From Octopus sinensis (Eukaryota), in assembly GCF_006345805.1 (NCBI RefSeq), contig NC_043002.1:5146001-5210000 (forward strand): 64,000 nucleotides of DNA, written 5' to 3'. This document shows positions 12,622 to 25,422 of this stretch, piece by piece. Both the position numbers and the translations under genes were made by a program. The notes beneath the pieces are model-generated. The model was given only the letters and a program-made list of their open reading frames with translations. It searched no databases and was not told the DNA's origin. The first letter of the stretch is position 1, and the number at the start of each line of letters is the position of its first letter.

Positions 12622-13026
12622 GGCGCAGGAGTGGCTGTGTGGTAAGTAGCTTGCTAACCAACTACATGGTTCCGGGTTCAGTCCCACTGCGTGGCATCTT
12701 GGGCAAGTGTCTTCTGCTATAGCCCCGGGCCGACCAATGCCTTGTGAGTGGATTTGGTAGACGGAAACTGAAAGAAGCCTGTCGTATAATGTATATATAT
12801 ATGTTGTGTGTTGTGTATGTTTGTGTGTCTGTGTTTGTCCCCCTAACATTGCTTGACAACCGATGCTGGTGTGTTTACGTCCCCGTCCTTAGCGGTTCGG
12901 CAAAAGAGACCGATAGAATAAGTACTGGCTTACAAAGAATAAGTCCCGGGGTCGATTTGCTCGACTAAAGGCGGTGCTCCAGGATGGCCGCAGTCAAATG
13001 ACTGAAACAAGTAAAAGAGTAAAAGA
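12622..13026 (+). mobile_element. SINE A full length
   Basis: tRNA-like head (TGGCTGTGTGGTAAG, GGTTCAGTCCC), CORE-like CTTGGGCAAGTG, internal TA/TG microsatellite, tail TGACTGAAACAAGTAAAAGAG. Confidence 0.93.
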
Positions 13027-13035
13027 AAAAAGAGA

Positions 13036-13099
<64 letters not shown>

Positions 13100-14377
13100 G
13101 TCCTGAGTTTGATTGATCCTGTATTTTATTGACTACAGAGAGATTTCATTGCGGGATTTGAACTCAGATCGTAAAATATTATTTAACATTGATTTCTGAT
13201 AAAAGACAAAATGCTTCAAATTTGTGGGAATGGGTATAATTGATTAAATCGATCCCAGTACCTGACCGTTGCATCATTTTATCGAGCTCCTCCCCCGACA
13301 CGATGAAAGGCAAAGAGTTGACCCCCAGCGAAATTTGAACTCAGAATGCGAGCAAGCGAAAATTGAATACCACCGACCATTTGGTCAGATGCTCTTCAGA
13401 TTCTGCCAATCAAAAGAAATTATTATTAAAACTATAAAATTGCATTGCAATTGCTTTAATAATCTCATTTTTTTCACTTTTTCTATTCTGTTCATTGCGC
13501 ATAATTCTTCAGTTTCCACACACACACACACACACACATTCTCTTCTCTTTCTCTCCCCCTCTCTCTTCTCCCTCTCCCCCTCTTTCTCTTCTCTCTCTC
13601 TAACGGTCTGCTTGATTTAACCATATTTATTCAATTCTCCATAGTTTCTCCTTGATGCCTTTATACATCACGAACCTTTAATATTTTAATTAATTCTGCC
13701 ACTTCCTGCACATCTTCCGTCATATTATTCATTCCTGGTATCGATAATTAATTTCTCACGAATAATGAGTCTTGATCACTTGTTGTTTAGTTCCAGATCA
13801 ACCCTGATCGAACTGACCTATGATCAAAAGCATTCTAACACTTTCTCTCTATGCATGTATGTATGTGTGCGCGTGTCCCCTCCTTGTTTTTATATTGGTA
13901 TCCAGGACCGCATTATCGATTCTCTACTTTTTCATTTAAGACTGTAAGGTGTGGCCAGAGGAAGATTTCATAGTTATTTCTAACGGGTTGAATGACCACA
14001 TGAAGTCTCTTTTGTTCCTGGTAAATCGGTGAACGGAAGTAGTCACAAGTTTGTTAGCCACGGGGATGGAGGGACAAATCGTATTTTATTTCATTACCGT
14101 AAACAATATAGTTGAATTAGCTAAGTAAATAATATTACAAGTGACTTATTTACTGATAATGCATGATTCGTACATATTCACAGCTAGATATGTGTAATGG
14201 CGTTGAACTTATGTAAAAAAAAGGATATTATTTATACTTTTAAATAAAGCATTGAAACTACAAAACAGAAAAACAAAATTATTCATTGAACTTTTTGTGT
14301 GACTTCTTCCATCCAAAGTTACTAAAATAGATGGAGAAACTCGAAGGATTGCTTTGCTATAATGGTATATATATATA

Positions 14378-14772
14378 TACCAGCAGTATCGCCCGGCGTT
14401 GCTCGGGTTTGTAAGGGAAATAACTATATAAGCATTTTTAGAGATGTAAAGTATAATAGCCATCTCAATATGGCTAACCACAAAGGGTGGGGGTGTTACT
14501 GTAGCTTTTACGTTCTGAGATTTAATATAAATTTTTAGAGAGTTACTTCCCTATATATGCCAGAATGCATTAAAAATGGGAAAAATTGATGGTAATTTTT
14601 TTTAAATCGTAGACTCATCGTAGACGCGCGCTAATACCCAGAAGGGCTCGATATGAATCACGACTATAAGATACCCGGTTTTGGTTAAACTGCACCACAA
14701 AATGTGGGAGTAGTTAGGAATCTAAATCGTAGGAGACAGACAACACACAACCTCGCTTTTATATATAAAGAT
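14378..14772 (+). mobile_element. Non-autonomous Helitron/Helentron-like element (HINE/DINE-1/Lep1 type)
   Basis: 5' end TACCAGCAGTATCGCCCGGCGTTGCTCGGG with a short hairpin. Subterminal hairpin CCACA-AAA-TGTGG at 14695-14707. 3' end ACAGAC...TTTTATATATAAAGAT. Confidence 0.6.
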
Positions 14773-15040
14773 ATATATATATATATATATCATAACAAAA
14801 TAATAAATAAAACATATGCATATATACATACATATATGTACGTACCTACATCTATATATATATATCCATGCATATATGGGTACAGGACACCGAAAAAATG
14901 TCGAACAGAATGAGAAACGAAATATAAAAACAACCATGGAAACACATACATACATACATACATACATACATACATACATACATGCATACACACACACACA
15001 CACACATACATATATATAATGTATATATATGTATATGTAT

Positions 15041-15276
15041 AATAATAAATATTAGGGAATAAATCCAAAATTACAGGGAAAAAATCAGATTTAGGATTAA
15101 ATCCAATTTTATAGTAAAATATTATATAATATTAATTCGAGACAAAACCACTAATTTGCAAATCAAACAAGGAAAGACTTAATCAATACATAAAAAATTT
15201 TAATATAAAGTAAATAAATAAATAAATAAATAAATCGCCACTACAATTGTTTCATGTCTTCAAATGACATTCGTCA
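15041..15276 (-). mobile_element. PLE-like 3'-end element (family 3 related), 5'-truncated at a minimal hammerhead
   Basis: Minus strand (a)TGACGA-ATGTC-atttgaa-GACAT-GAAA-CAATTG-TA at 15242-15277. The 3' terminus TCCCTAATATT resembles 2946-2956. TA repeats flank both sides. Confidence 0.6.
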
Positions 15277-15589
15277 TATATGTATATATATATATATGTA
15301 TATATGTGTATATACACGTATATATATATATATGTATATGCACTCTCTTTCACATATATTTATTTTGTATGTTATGTTAACGATTCTTCTAACCAGTTAT
15401 GTTTCCTTCATATAGATATTGACATAGAAATAACTGTCAATCGCCCCTTGAGCATTTCCAGCTCTCGTACTCGGAGGGCAGGAAAAAATGAGCAGGCTCG
15501 TAAAACCGTTCAGCATCGGTGAAGAAAGCTGAATTGTTACGACCTTAAAAAGATATTGTTTTTTAAGGGACAGTAGAGAGAGAGAAAGA

Positions 15590-15730
15590 AGGACCGGTGG
15601 GCAGAAGATGGCTGGGCATTGGCAAGAAACGGAGAAGCAAAACATTAGAGGTGACTGAGACAAGCGCAACAAATGGAGAAAACTGGTGCACAATGTGTGT
15701 CGACAGACTCCCTACCACTTGATCGGAATT
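15590..15730 (+). mobile_element. Possible RTE-clade LINE 3' remnant
   Basis: One frame gives DKRNKWRKLVHNVC, resembling the DR..WR.LV RTE C-terminal motif. Short and decayed. Confidence 0.3.
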
Positions 15731-15820
15731 GGAGAGGCGAAACCAAAACCGATTTGTTTTTAGAGAGAACGAAAATAAAGTCACAGGACAAACGTCATAA
15801 CCCCCCCCAAACCAAATATA

Positions 15821-15980
15821 GGCGCAGGAGTGGATGTGTGGTAAGTAGCTTGCGTACCAACCACATGGCTCCGGGTTCAGTCCCACTGTGTGGCATCTTG
15901 GGCAAGTGTATTCTACTATAGCCCCGGGGGACCAATGCCTTGTGAGTGGATTGGTAGACGGAAACTGAAAGAAGCCTGTC

Positions 15981-16025
<45 letters not shown>

Positions 16026-16268
16026 ATATATATAATATATATATATATAGTATGTGTTTGTGTGTCTGTGTTTGTTCCCCTAGCATTGCTTGACAACCGA
16101 TGCTGGTGTGTTTACGTCCCCGTCACTTAGCGGTTCGGCAAAAGAGACCGATAGAATAAGTACTGGGCTTACAAAGAATAAGTCCCGGGGTCGATTTGCT
16201 CGACTAAAAGGCGGTGCTCCAGCATGGCCGCAATCAAATGACTGAAACAAGTAAAAGAGTAAAGAGAG
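15821..16268 (+). mobile_element. SINE A full length
   Basis: Near-identical to 12622-13026. Confidence 0.93.
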
Positions 16269-16310
16269 TAAATCCTCCCAAACCCCAGGAAAATGTTACA
16301 TTTCATTTGA

Positions 16311-16682
16311 ACTCCTTTATTCGTTTCAGTTATTGGACTGCAGCCATGTTGGAGCATCACTTCGCATGGTTTTAAAACCGATCAAATCCTTCGCAATATT
16401 ATTTTAAGTTTGGTTCTTATTTTTCGTTCTTCTTTTTTTTTTGCCGAACCGCTAAATTATGAGGACGTAAACAAACCAACACCAGTTTTCAAGCGGTGAG
16501 CAACAGGCACACGCATACACGTATGCGTTGAGCTTCCATACAGCCTATGTCTATCAAATTCACACGAGAGAAATTGATCGGCCCAGGAATACAGTAAATG
16601 ACATTTAACAAAAATTGCGGCGTAGTAGGACTGAACCCGGAAAAATGTGACTACTAAGTAAACTTCTTAACCACACAGGCGT
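16311..16682 (-). mobile_element. SINE A, old diverged copy
   Basis: Degenerate head and tail in reverse orientation. Confidence 0.65.
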
Positions 16683-16726
16683 ACTCATTACCAATAACAG
16701 TTAAAGAAATATGGCATATACACCCA

Positions 16727-16823
16727 TTAACCATTTCTGTCTCCGATGTCATTGTTTACATCTGACGTCTCGAAACGTTGTAGCAAGAACTCAGTGCTGG
16801 CTAAAATGTCTGTCGATATAACC
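16727..16823 (-). CDS. Candidate terminal coding exon of an unidentified gene (xVISTDILASTEFLLQRFETSDVNNDIGDRNG*)
   Basis: Acceptor CATTTTGTTAG and an open frame to TAA. The duplicate at 17104-17639 differs mostly at third codon positions and keeps the acceptor and the stop position. Confidence 0.5.
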
Positions 16824-17103
16824 CTAACAAAATGATGTAAAGAACACTGCTAATACAATAGGATGTGGTTTGGACTCATAAAAAACCCCATTTAATATAC
16901 TTTATAGTATCTCATAGTAGCATAACAAAATTCCACGTCTACAAGTCTTTAATATTTACGAACCATCCCCAGGAATGCGTTTAATATGTAAACTAGTACA
17001 GCCAATAACTTTGCACCGCTGTATGCGGTGGCTATATAAACAACGTGTTCGAAAGGCTGAGTGGGTTAGATGAGTGCTGATGAAATATGCCATTATACCC
17101 TCA

Positions 17104-17639
17104 TTACGCGTTTCTGTCTCCGATTTCATTGTTTGTTTACATCTGACGTCTCGAAACGTTGTAGCAAAAGATCAGTGCTGGCTAATAATTTCTGTAGAAA
17201 TGGCGGCAAGCTGACAGAATTGCTAGCACGCCGGACGAAATGCTTAGCGGTATTTCGTCTGCCGCTACGTTCTGAGTTCAAATTCCGCCAAGGTCGACTT
17301 TGCCTTTCATCCTTTCGGGGTCGATAAATTTAGTACCATTTACGCACTGGGGTCGATATAATCGACTTAACCCCTTTGTATGTCCTTGTTTGTCCCCTCT
17401 ATGTTTAGCCCCTTGTGGGTAATAAAGAAATAGGTATTTCGTCTGTCGCTACGTTCTGAGTTCAAATTCCGCCAAGGTCGACTTTGCCTTTCATCCTTTC
17501 GGGGTCGATAAATTAAGTACCAGTTATGCACTGGGGTCGATGTAATCGACTTAATACCTATGTCTGTCCTTGTTTGTCCCTTCTATGTTTAGCCCCTTGT
17601 GGATAATAAAGAAATATAATAATTTCTGTGGAAATACCC
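17104..17639 (-). pseudogene. Dead duplicate of the 16727-16823 exon, interrupted by a SINE B dimer
   Basis: GISTEI+LASTDLLLQRFETSDVN+NEIGDRNA*, with +1 and +4 indels and a 415-bp insertion. Confidence 0.5.
17202..17616 (+). mobile_element. SINE B1 head-to-tail dimer within one 19-bp TSD
   Basis: Junction AAAGAAATA-GGTATTTCGTC. TSD TAATAATTTCTGT(A/G)GAAAT at 17183-17201 and 17617-17635. Confidence 0.93.
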
Positions 17640-18630
17640 CTAACAAAATAACTGCATCAAGTGTCTTATTAACTGACGTTACGTAGTGACATTATACTTT
17701 CGTACAAAACAAATCCATTCATTATCATTAACTTAAAAAACAACCCTTTAAAGCCGATCCTGAGACTTTTCTTGGTTCTAATAAATCATATATCCATATT
17801 CCACTGAACCTTTATTCTTTATTGATTCCTACCGTGACCACCTTCCTCCAGTAGGATATAAATGATTCTGATTCTCGTTTTCTCTTTTGCTGTTGTACAA
17901 CGAGTAATCAATATTTGTTTTCAAACAGAGTTTCTAGGAAATACATTAACCAATAACTTCTTTTATTTAGGATATGTGATTGGAAGGAAATTCGGCTGCT
18001 ATTACTAGCAGGTCGAGTGACCAGGTAGATGCTCCTTGAGAGGCTCATGTTCGATAGAAATTTTTTTGTGTGTGTGGTTGTCGATTGGTTCTGCTACGTG
18101 GACGACATAACAGCCGATTCTTCCTCGAAATAACATGACACCGCCCAACGAGAAAATGATGCAGCCCTAAATAATCCCACCCCAGTGCAAAAAGTCTCGG
18201 GCTGGTCAAGGGTGGATTGCCTTTTCTTGTAAGTCTTCTCCATTAGAGCTTAGCCGGTAGCGAGCAGCATCACTACCACCACCAACAAATAAATAAAACT
18301 GGTGTTTTTTTATTTTTATCAGAGACATGAACAACCTGAAATTACTTTAATAACACGATTTATCAGAACACACACACACACACACACACACACGAAACAG
18401 AACTGAAGAAATGCTTTTGATGCAAAGTCATATTTACCCTGCCCGAGCACATTCGGACGTGAGAAGACTATCAGCAATTAGTTAAAGAGTTACAGTAAAA
18501 GGAACTGTGTCATTTGAAGAGCTTAAGGGTCTTGGCCATGGAAACTGTAAAGCATCAGTATTAAGATTTTGAATAACTTGAAGTTTCTAATACACAAAGA
18601 ACAAAATCAAATAGGAACAATACAACAGTA

Positions 18631-18801
18631 GGCGCAGGAGTGGCTGTGTGGTAAGTAGCTTGCTAACCAACCACATGGTTCCGGGTTCAGTCTCACTGCG
18701 TGGCATCTTGGGCAAGTGTCTTCTGCTATAGCCCCGGGCCGACCAATACCTTGTGAGTGGATTTGGTAGACGGAAACTGAAAGAAGCCTGTCGTATATAT
18801 G

Positions 18802-18833
<32 letters not shown>

Positions 18834-19046
18834 CGTGTGTGTGTGTGTGTGTCTGTGTTTGTCCCCCTAGCATTGCTTGACAACCGATGCTGGTATGCTT
18901 ACGTCCCCGTCACTTAGCGGTTCGGCAAAAGAGACCGATAGAATAAGTACTGGTCTTACAAAGAATAAGTCCCGGGGTCGATTTGCTCGACTAAAGGCGG
19001 TGCTCCAGCATGGCCGCAGTCAAATGACTGAAACAAGTAAAAGAGT
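18631..19046 (+). mobile_element. SINE A full length
   Basis: Near-consensus copy. Confidence 0.93.
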
Positions 19047-19295
19047 ATTTTAAGTGCCCCACAAGGGACATTGTGGAGAAGCTATAAAGCACTTGGCAAG
19101 TCAAGATTGCAGTTGCGATATAGATTGTAAGTGAAGGTATTTCATTTCTTTCATTTATGCCTCGGGGAAAGAATTAACACTTTTCCTTCATTTCCCCAGT
19201 TTCTATTTCATCTTGTAACAGACAAAACAGAAAAATGGTGTTTCTTTCTGATTAACAAAGACTACAGTGATTTTTGAGTTTCAATTCTCAAGATT

Positions 19296-19700
19296 GCGCA
19301 GGAGTGGCTGTGTGGTAAGTACCTTGCTTACCAACCACATGGTTCTGGGTTCAGTCCCACTGCGTGGCACCTTGGGAAAGTGTCTTCTACTATAGCCGAC
19401 CAAAGCCTTGTGAGTGGATTTGGTTGACAGAAACTGAAAGAAACTCGTCGTATATATGTATATATATGTATGTGTGTGTATATGTTTGTGTGTCTGTGTT
19501 ATTCCCCCCAACATCGCTTGACAACCGATGGTGGTGTGTTTGCGTTCCCGTAACTTAGCAGTTCGGTAAAAGGAGACCGATAGAATGAGTACTGAGCTCA
19601 CAAAGAATAAGTCCTGGGGTCGATTTGCTCGACTAAAGGCGGTGCTCCGGCATGGCCGCAGTCAAATGACTGAAACAAGTAAAAGAGTAAGAGAGAGAGA
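19296..19700 (+). mobile_element. SINE A full length
   Basis: Near-consensus copy. Confidence 0.92.
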
Positions 19701-21426
19701 GTATTGCCTCATCATGTATTCTTCGCCGTAAACTTATTTGGTTCCTTTTTATTTTAATCAATGCATCAAGTCATAAGAAACCGGTATTTTATTTCATCTC
19801 AACTCCATCCATTCGACTTTTGACTCAGTGATGGATGAATCCACGGCCTTCTATCAACACCATTTATCTATATTGGTTTCGGGTCAGTCTTCCATGCTGG
19901 TCAATTGCGGATTGAAGTGGATTCTACCATACGGAAATGATTAAAGTTGGGTGAAATTTGAGCTTCGAACACAACGCTTTAAAATTTCGCCTAACCCACA
20001 GAGCGTCCCAGAAGAAATGAAAGGAAAAGTCGACTACGGTGGAATTTGAACTCAGAACATGACAAGATGTTAGTAAATATTTCCATCTGATCACCATAGA
20101 AATAAAACTATAATCATGAGGCCTCAATTTAGATACAAGACGAAATATTTTAGTGCAGGCAATAATCAGCCATGCTTATCCGTCTTGAGTTTTTGGCACA
20201 GTGTACCTTGGACTATATTATTCAGTGTGTCCTTGCTTTTAGCGAGACACATGGAGTTTATCTAGTTGACTATATACATTCCATTGTGCCAATCATTGCT
20301 TGTGACAGTTGTTTGAAGTCAATTTTGCCTTTCAGCCTTTCGGGGTGGATAGATTCCTAGTCGAAGGAGGTGGGTCACTTGACTGGGTGGTTTATATTAC
20401 CCAAAACAAAAAGACCAAAAACAAAGTTGATTCGACCCCAGCAGAACGCAACGAGCCATAACAAAATATCACAAGGTATTTTTGTCCACCCCTCTATCGT
20501 TTCGACCAACTCACCACTCTGGAACCAATGCAGGGGCCTATAGAAATAGGGACCATATCTCCCTTAAAGCAAACCGTGTCATCTTGGAAAAGGACGCTGT
20601 AGATAATGCAGTTCGAGATACAGTATGTCTAAAAATAAGGTGGTCACGGTTGGATTGTCTTTAATAAAAGTCTACCTGATCTGGAATAACCTGGGGTTAA
20701 ATAACACTTAAAACAACTCATTACCCAAAATGTAATAAATCATAGCAACTGATTGATTTTTCCTAATTAGATATGTTAATCAATGAGCAATTAGGTATTT
20801 CTATTAAACACAGGTAAAAATAGAGAAAACGACAATAGGTGATGTTCATAGAGAAAACTCGGATAGAGTGAACTACAAAAGGCAAAGATTCAACGAGTCA
20901 CAACACGGGATCGAAACTGGGACACAGTCTTAACTTGTTTACCGAGAATTTTTCATTTCTGTTTATCCTGTGGCACTTGTCTCACAATATCTTATTAAAG
21001 CATGAATTATTTATTATGCAACGAAAGAAAAGATTTGAAAAGAAGAAAAACAGAAATGAAAAAAATATGCTTAACAGTGACTCAGGTGCAAATAAAAAGA
21101 GAAAATTTAGTGACATCTATTAATTAAAATTAAATTGCATCAGACTACAATTTCTTTCGTTTGGAAATTATATTTTGTTTATTTATTTATTTAATTATAT
21201 ACTATTATATGCTTCATTATCCATTTTTATTTTCTTTATTTGTGTATTTTTAGTAATTAGCTAATCGTCTCATTAAACATTAACACAATCCTAGACTATC
21301 TGGTTTTGCCAGAAGCTAAAATATTGATCTTCTTTATAAAAAAAAAGGCATGAGGCCAGATTTTGTAGGAGGCAAAGTACACACACACACACACACGCAC
21401 ACACACACACACAACACACACACACA

Positions 21427-21464
<38 letters not shown>

Positions 21465-22227
21465 ATGTACACACACACATGTACACACACACACCGCACA
21501 TGCATACACATTTGCGTACACACACATATGATCGTATACACACATACATGTGCATATATTTATATATATATGTATCTTTGTGTGTATGTGTGTGTACGTG
21601 CGCGTTACTACAACATACATTCTATCAGGATAATTTACACCATGACGTGGTATTTAACAGGATGTAATGGGTTGTCAACTATGACCCCATCTGATCCGAG
21701 TCGTAGGCGGGTCAACAAAAATCATATCTGATCTAACCTTATAAAAAATGATCAACGAATAACAAAATTTGTATCGTCTTAAGGCTCAGGACCAGAACAT
21801 CAGTTTAAGATATTTTATCCGTTACAAAGTTGATGAAAGATTTCTATAAAAGTTCATATTGATAGAAGAAACCGCAGTTGCATTTTTAGATGGAAAACAA
21901 TCTTCTGAACACGTCACGTGCAGCAGGGTCTTGTCATCGATGTGGTAATATGATGCGAGAAGAAAAGAAAAGTATTATTTTCGTAATGGAAAAGTACCCA
22001 TCAACACATCAGTGACTCTATCAAGTAGGAAAGTTTTTCAACATGCAAGCGATTGAACGATCAAGGTTGGATGCCAAAATACGTATAACGAAAGATAAGA
22101 AGAAAAAGGAAAACGAGACGCGGTAGCAATATTTCGTTGCAATCACATATCGATCATGTTTGTTAGAAGGAATTAAGGAAAAATGCAGATGATTTATTTG
22201 TGGCATTGCTACACGAAATACGATATA

Positions 22228-23066
22228 CTAGGTGGTATAAAAAAATTCCCGGACTAGTTCTCAAGCGCGCCAACAGATGGTAGCACACGGTTGCATGCGC
22301 AATGAGAGTTAGTAGTGACCTTCACGAGGCAGTGTGCCGAGTGTCATCGCTGTGTATACTTTGCAAGTTGTGAAATTTGTGATTTTGTGATCCCGTGTCT
22401 GGTATAGTCTGTGATTTTTGTCATGGACAGGAAGTTGGAACAAAGAACTAACGCAAAATTTTGCGTTAAACTTGGGAAGTCTGCTACAAAGACATTGAGC
22501 ATGCTTCGGCAAGCTTAAGGCGACGAGGCAATGGGTCGTACGCAATGTTTCAAAAGCAGCACGATAGAGCCCCAGCTCAATCAAGAGCATGTTCATCCAT
22601 TTTTTTCGACATCGGCAAATTGGCCTCCCAGTGTCAGACCAGCAATCGAGAGTTCCGCTGCAACGTTTTGAAGCGTTTGAGAGAGGACATTCGGCGAAAG
22701 CAACGGGATCTGTGGAGCGCGAAGAATTGGGTTCTTCACGATGACAACGAACCCTGTCACCGAGCCATATACCGAGCGAGTTTCTCGCCAAAAACAACAT
22801 GGTATCGCCAGATTTAGCACTTACGGATTTCCATCTCTTCCCAAGATGAAAATGCAGTTCAAAGGTCGCCGTTTTAATACCGTTGTCAAGATCAAGAGCG
22901 AACCGCAGAAAGTCCTCGACTCAGTTACGGTAAACGCCCAAACCATATTCCAAAAGTTGCAGGAACGCTAGGAGCGTTGTATTGCTGCGCAAGTTCACTA
23001 TTTCGAAGATGATGTTATAAATTAAGCAAATAAGTTATTTTTTATTAAATATAACTGGTCTGGGAC
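22228..23066 (+). mobile_element. mariner-family transposon remnant, internally deleted
   Basis: MDRKLEQRTNAKFCVKLGKSAT..MLRQA*GDEAM.RTQCF; VLKRLREDIRRK..WVLHDDN.PCH; SPDLA.TDFHLFPKMK. Left TIR after TA; right TIR partial. Confidence 0.9.
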
Positions 23067-23074
23067 TATATATT

Positions 23075-23292
23075 ATCTCCCCTTCTCCCTAGCTCCCCTG
23101 TGTGACCCTTCTGTCCGACATTCGCCATGATAGATCGCTAGCCACTACACATTCTTTATGTTCTCTCCTTGTTTCTTTCTGTGTTCCTTTCTGTGGAAGA
23201 GCGTAGGCTCGAAACGTTAAAGACTTTTTCAATTCCTGAGCGTTATACTAATACATCTGTTTGTTGCCTACACCCCCTGTCTTCGTCTTTTG

Positions 23293-23293
<1 letters not shown>
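23075..23293 (+). mobile_element. Short PLE-like 3'-end element, family 2, with minimal hammerhead-like motif
   Basis: CTTT-CTGTGGA-A-GAGC-gtag-GCTC-GAAA-CGTT-AAAG at 23187-23222. Homologous to 44082 and 47250. Ends in (TA)n. Confidence 0.65.
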
Positions 23294-23336
<43 letters not shown>

Positions 23337-23347
23337 ATATATATATA

Positions 23348-23397
<50 letters not shown>

Positions 23398-23534
23398 GTG
23401 CATGCGTATATAATTAAATGTAAATAATAAAGAATATTTTCTAAAATATTATTCTGCTTCTTATAAGATTGTATGCTCGTGTGCTAAATGACCTAAACTT
23501 TGAATAACATCAGATATAAACAGAACCTTTAACA

Positions 23535-23745
23535 TAATGGGTTCAAAGTTTGGCACAAGGCTAGCAATTTCAGGGAGGGGTGTAAGCCGATTACATCGAC
23601 TCCAGTGCTCGACTGGTACTTATTTTATCGACCCCGAAATGTTGAAAGGTAAAGTCGACCTCATCGGAATTTGAACACAAAACGTAAAGCCAGACCAAAT
23701 GCCGCTATGTACTTTGCCTGGAGCGCTGCCCGTCGCCTTCGGAAC
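23535..23745 (-). mobile_element. SINE B2
   Basis: B body with the alternative tail (CCCCTCCCTGAAATTGCTAGCCTTGTGCC). Confidence 0.8.
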
Positions 23746-23939
23746 TTTTAACGCAATGAGACAATGTTATGAAGATCTGTGAATTTACGCATTAAAGTAG
23801 AAAGAAGAAAATTTATATGATGTAGAGTTTTCAATAGTCATCGCTCGCTGATGTTAATACTGTAGCTCATTCTAAAATCATAATACAAGATTTGGTCGTT
23901 CATATCTCATTTAAAAGTTTGAATATCCTGATATTCTTT

Positions 23940-24183
23940 TATCTTCCTTTTACTTGTTTCAGTCCGTGCACAGCGGCCATGGTTGGACACCGCCTTGAGG
24001 GGTTTAGTCGGACAAACAGATCCAAGTACTTACCTTTCAGACGGGTACTTATTCTTTCGGCTGCTATTGCCGAACCGCCAATAGTACGGGAACATAAACA
24101 AACCAACATCAATGAGGAACTAACGTAAACACACACACACAAACACACACACACACACACACAATCACTCACACACACACACA

Positions 24184-24224
<41 letters not shown>

Positions 24225-24340
24225 TACACACACACACACACGATGGGTTTCCAAACAGTTGCCATCTATCAAATTCATTCATTAGTCTTTGATCAGTCCA
24301 TGATTATAGGAGAAGACACTTGCTCAAGGTACCGCCCAGT
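23940..24340 (-). mobile_element. SINE A, diverged
   Basis: Reverse A tail, internal (CA)n and a partial head. Confidence 0.7.
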
Positions 24341-25164
24341 AGGATAAAATATGTACCAGTCAAAAACTGGGATCGATGGAATTGACTGATCTCCTCCCCC
24401 CAAACTGTTGTCCTCTTGCGAAAATAAGAAATAATTGTTATCCTGCCCCAAGATGATCATTTGTTTCTTACCAATTAAACACACGCACTGTATATTCGTT
24501 CTTCACTCGTTTATTATCGCTCTTATTATTTTATTTTATGCCCATTAAACAGAACAGGAGGAGACACGTGAGATGGAAGAGTCGCTGAAGAGGTCACAGA
24601 TGTGTGACGAAAGATTTTTACTAATGATGTAATGTCTCCATTAATCAATTAAAAATTCGTTGGAAACAGCTGTAGTGAATTGACACATTATACATCTGTT
24701 GTTATTTATTTATTTACAATTCACCTCCCTCGGAACCTGTTCCTCACGTGATCCGACGTATATTATGGACAATATATTTAATACAACGTGCGTTTCTTGA
24801 TTAGCCCAAGGGCTAGTGATATACTCAGACGGGTTCAATTAATCGTGTACATAGCTTGAATATCTTTCTTCCTGTACTTCGATACCCGGGTATGTATTCG
24901 TCTATCTTTGTTGTGCATGCATTTCAATTTTGACCCGACCCAGTGCCTTACCATACATACATACATACATACATACATACATACATACATACATACATAC
25001 ATACATACATACATACATACATGCATAGATACACGCATCACAGAAAAAGACAAAACATCGCCTACAAGGATCGAACTTCGTACCTACTGTAAAGCAGGTT
25101 ACCGAATTAAGGCAACATCATTAATACACTGAAACGCATACACATACAAATATACTTATATAGG

Positions 25165-25263
<99 letters not shown>

Positions 25264-25326
25264 TGTATATACTTTTATTTATCGTATATATATATATATA
25301 AGTATACATAAGTATAAATATGAATA

Positions 25327-25378
25327 CAGTAGTACTTCGGCTTTCGAACAACTCTAAGCTCGAATAAATCGTGCTTTA

Positions 25379-25422
<44 letters not shown>

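Noticed and set aside
12622-12700. tRNA genes at SINE heads (also 25045-25120 minus)
   Set aside because: A/B boxes are present but there is no complete cloverleaf, and the heads run on into SINE bodies.
16757-16785. CTGACG-TCTC-GAAACGTT as a hammerhead
   Set aside because: Lacks A9 and any stem II, and lies in the candidate exon.
17202-17616. Regularly spaced repeats resembling a CRISPR array
   Set aside because: Whole ~185-bp units repeat with no unique spacers. They are SINE multimers in eukaryotic DNA with no cas genes.
18084-18110. WFCYVDDI resembling an RT YxDD motif
   Set aside because: Eight residues followed by a stop, with no other RT motifs nearby.
24783-24832. Minus-strand CTGAGTA...TAGCCC-TT-GGGCTA...GAAACGCACGTT as a hammerhead
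   Set aside because: G8 is missing and stem I does not pair.
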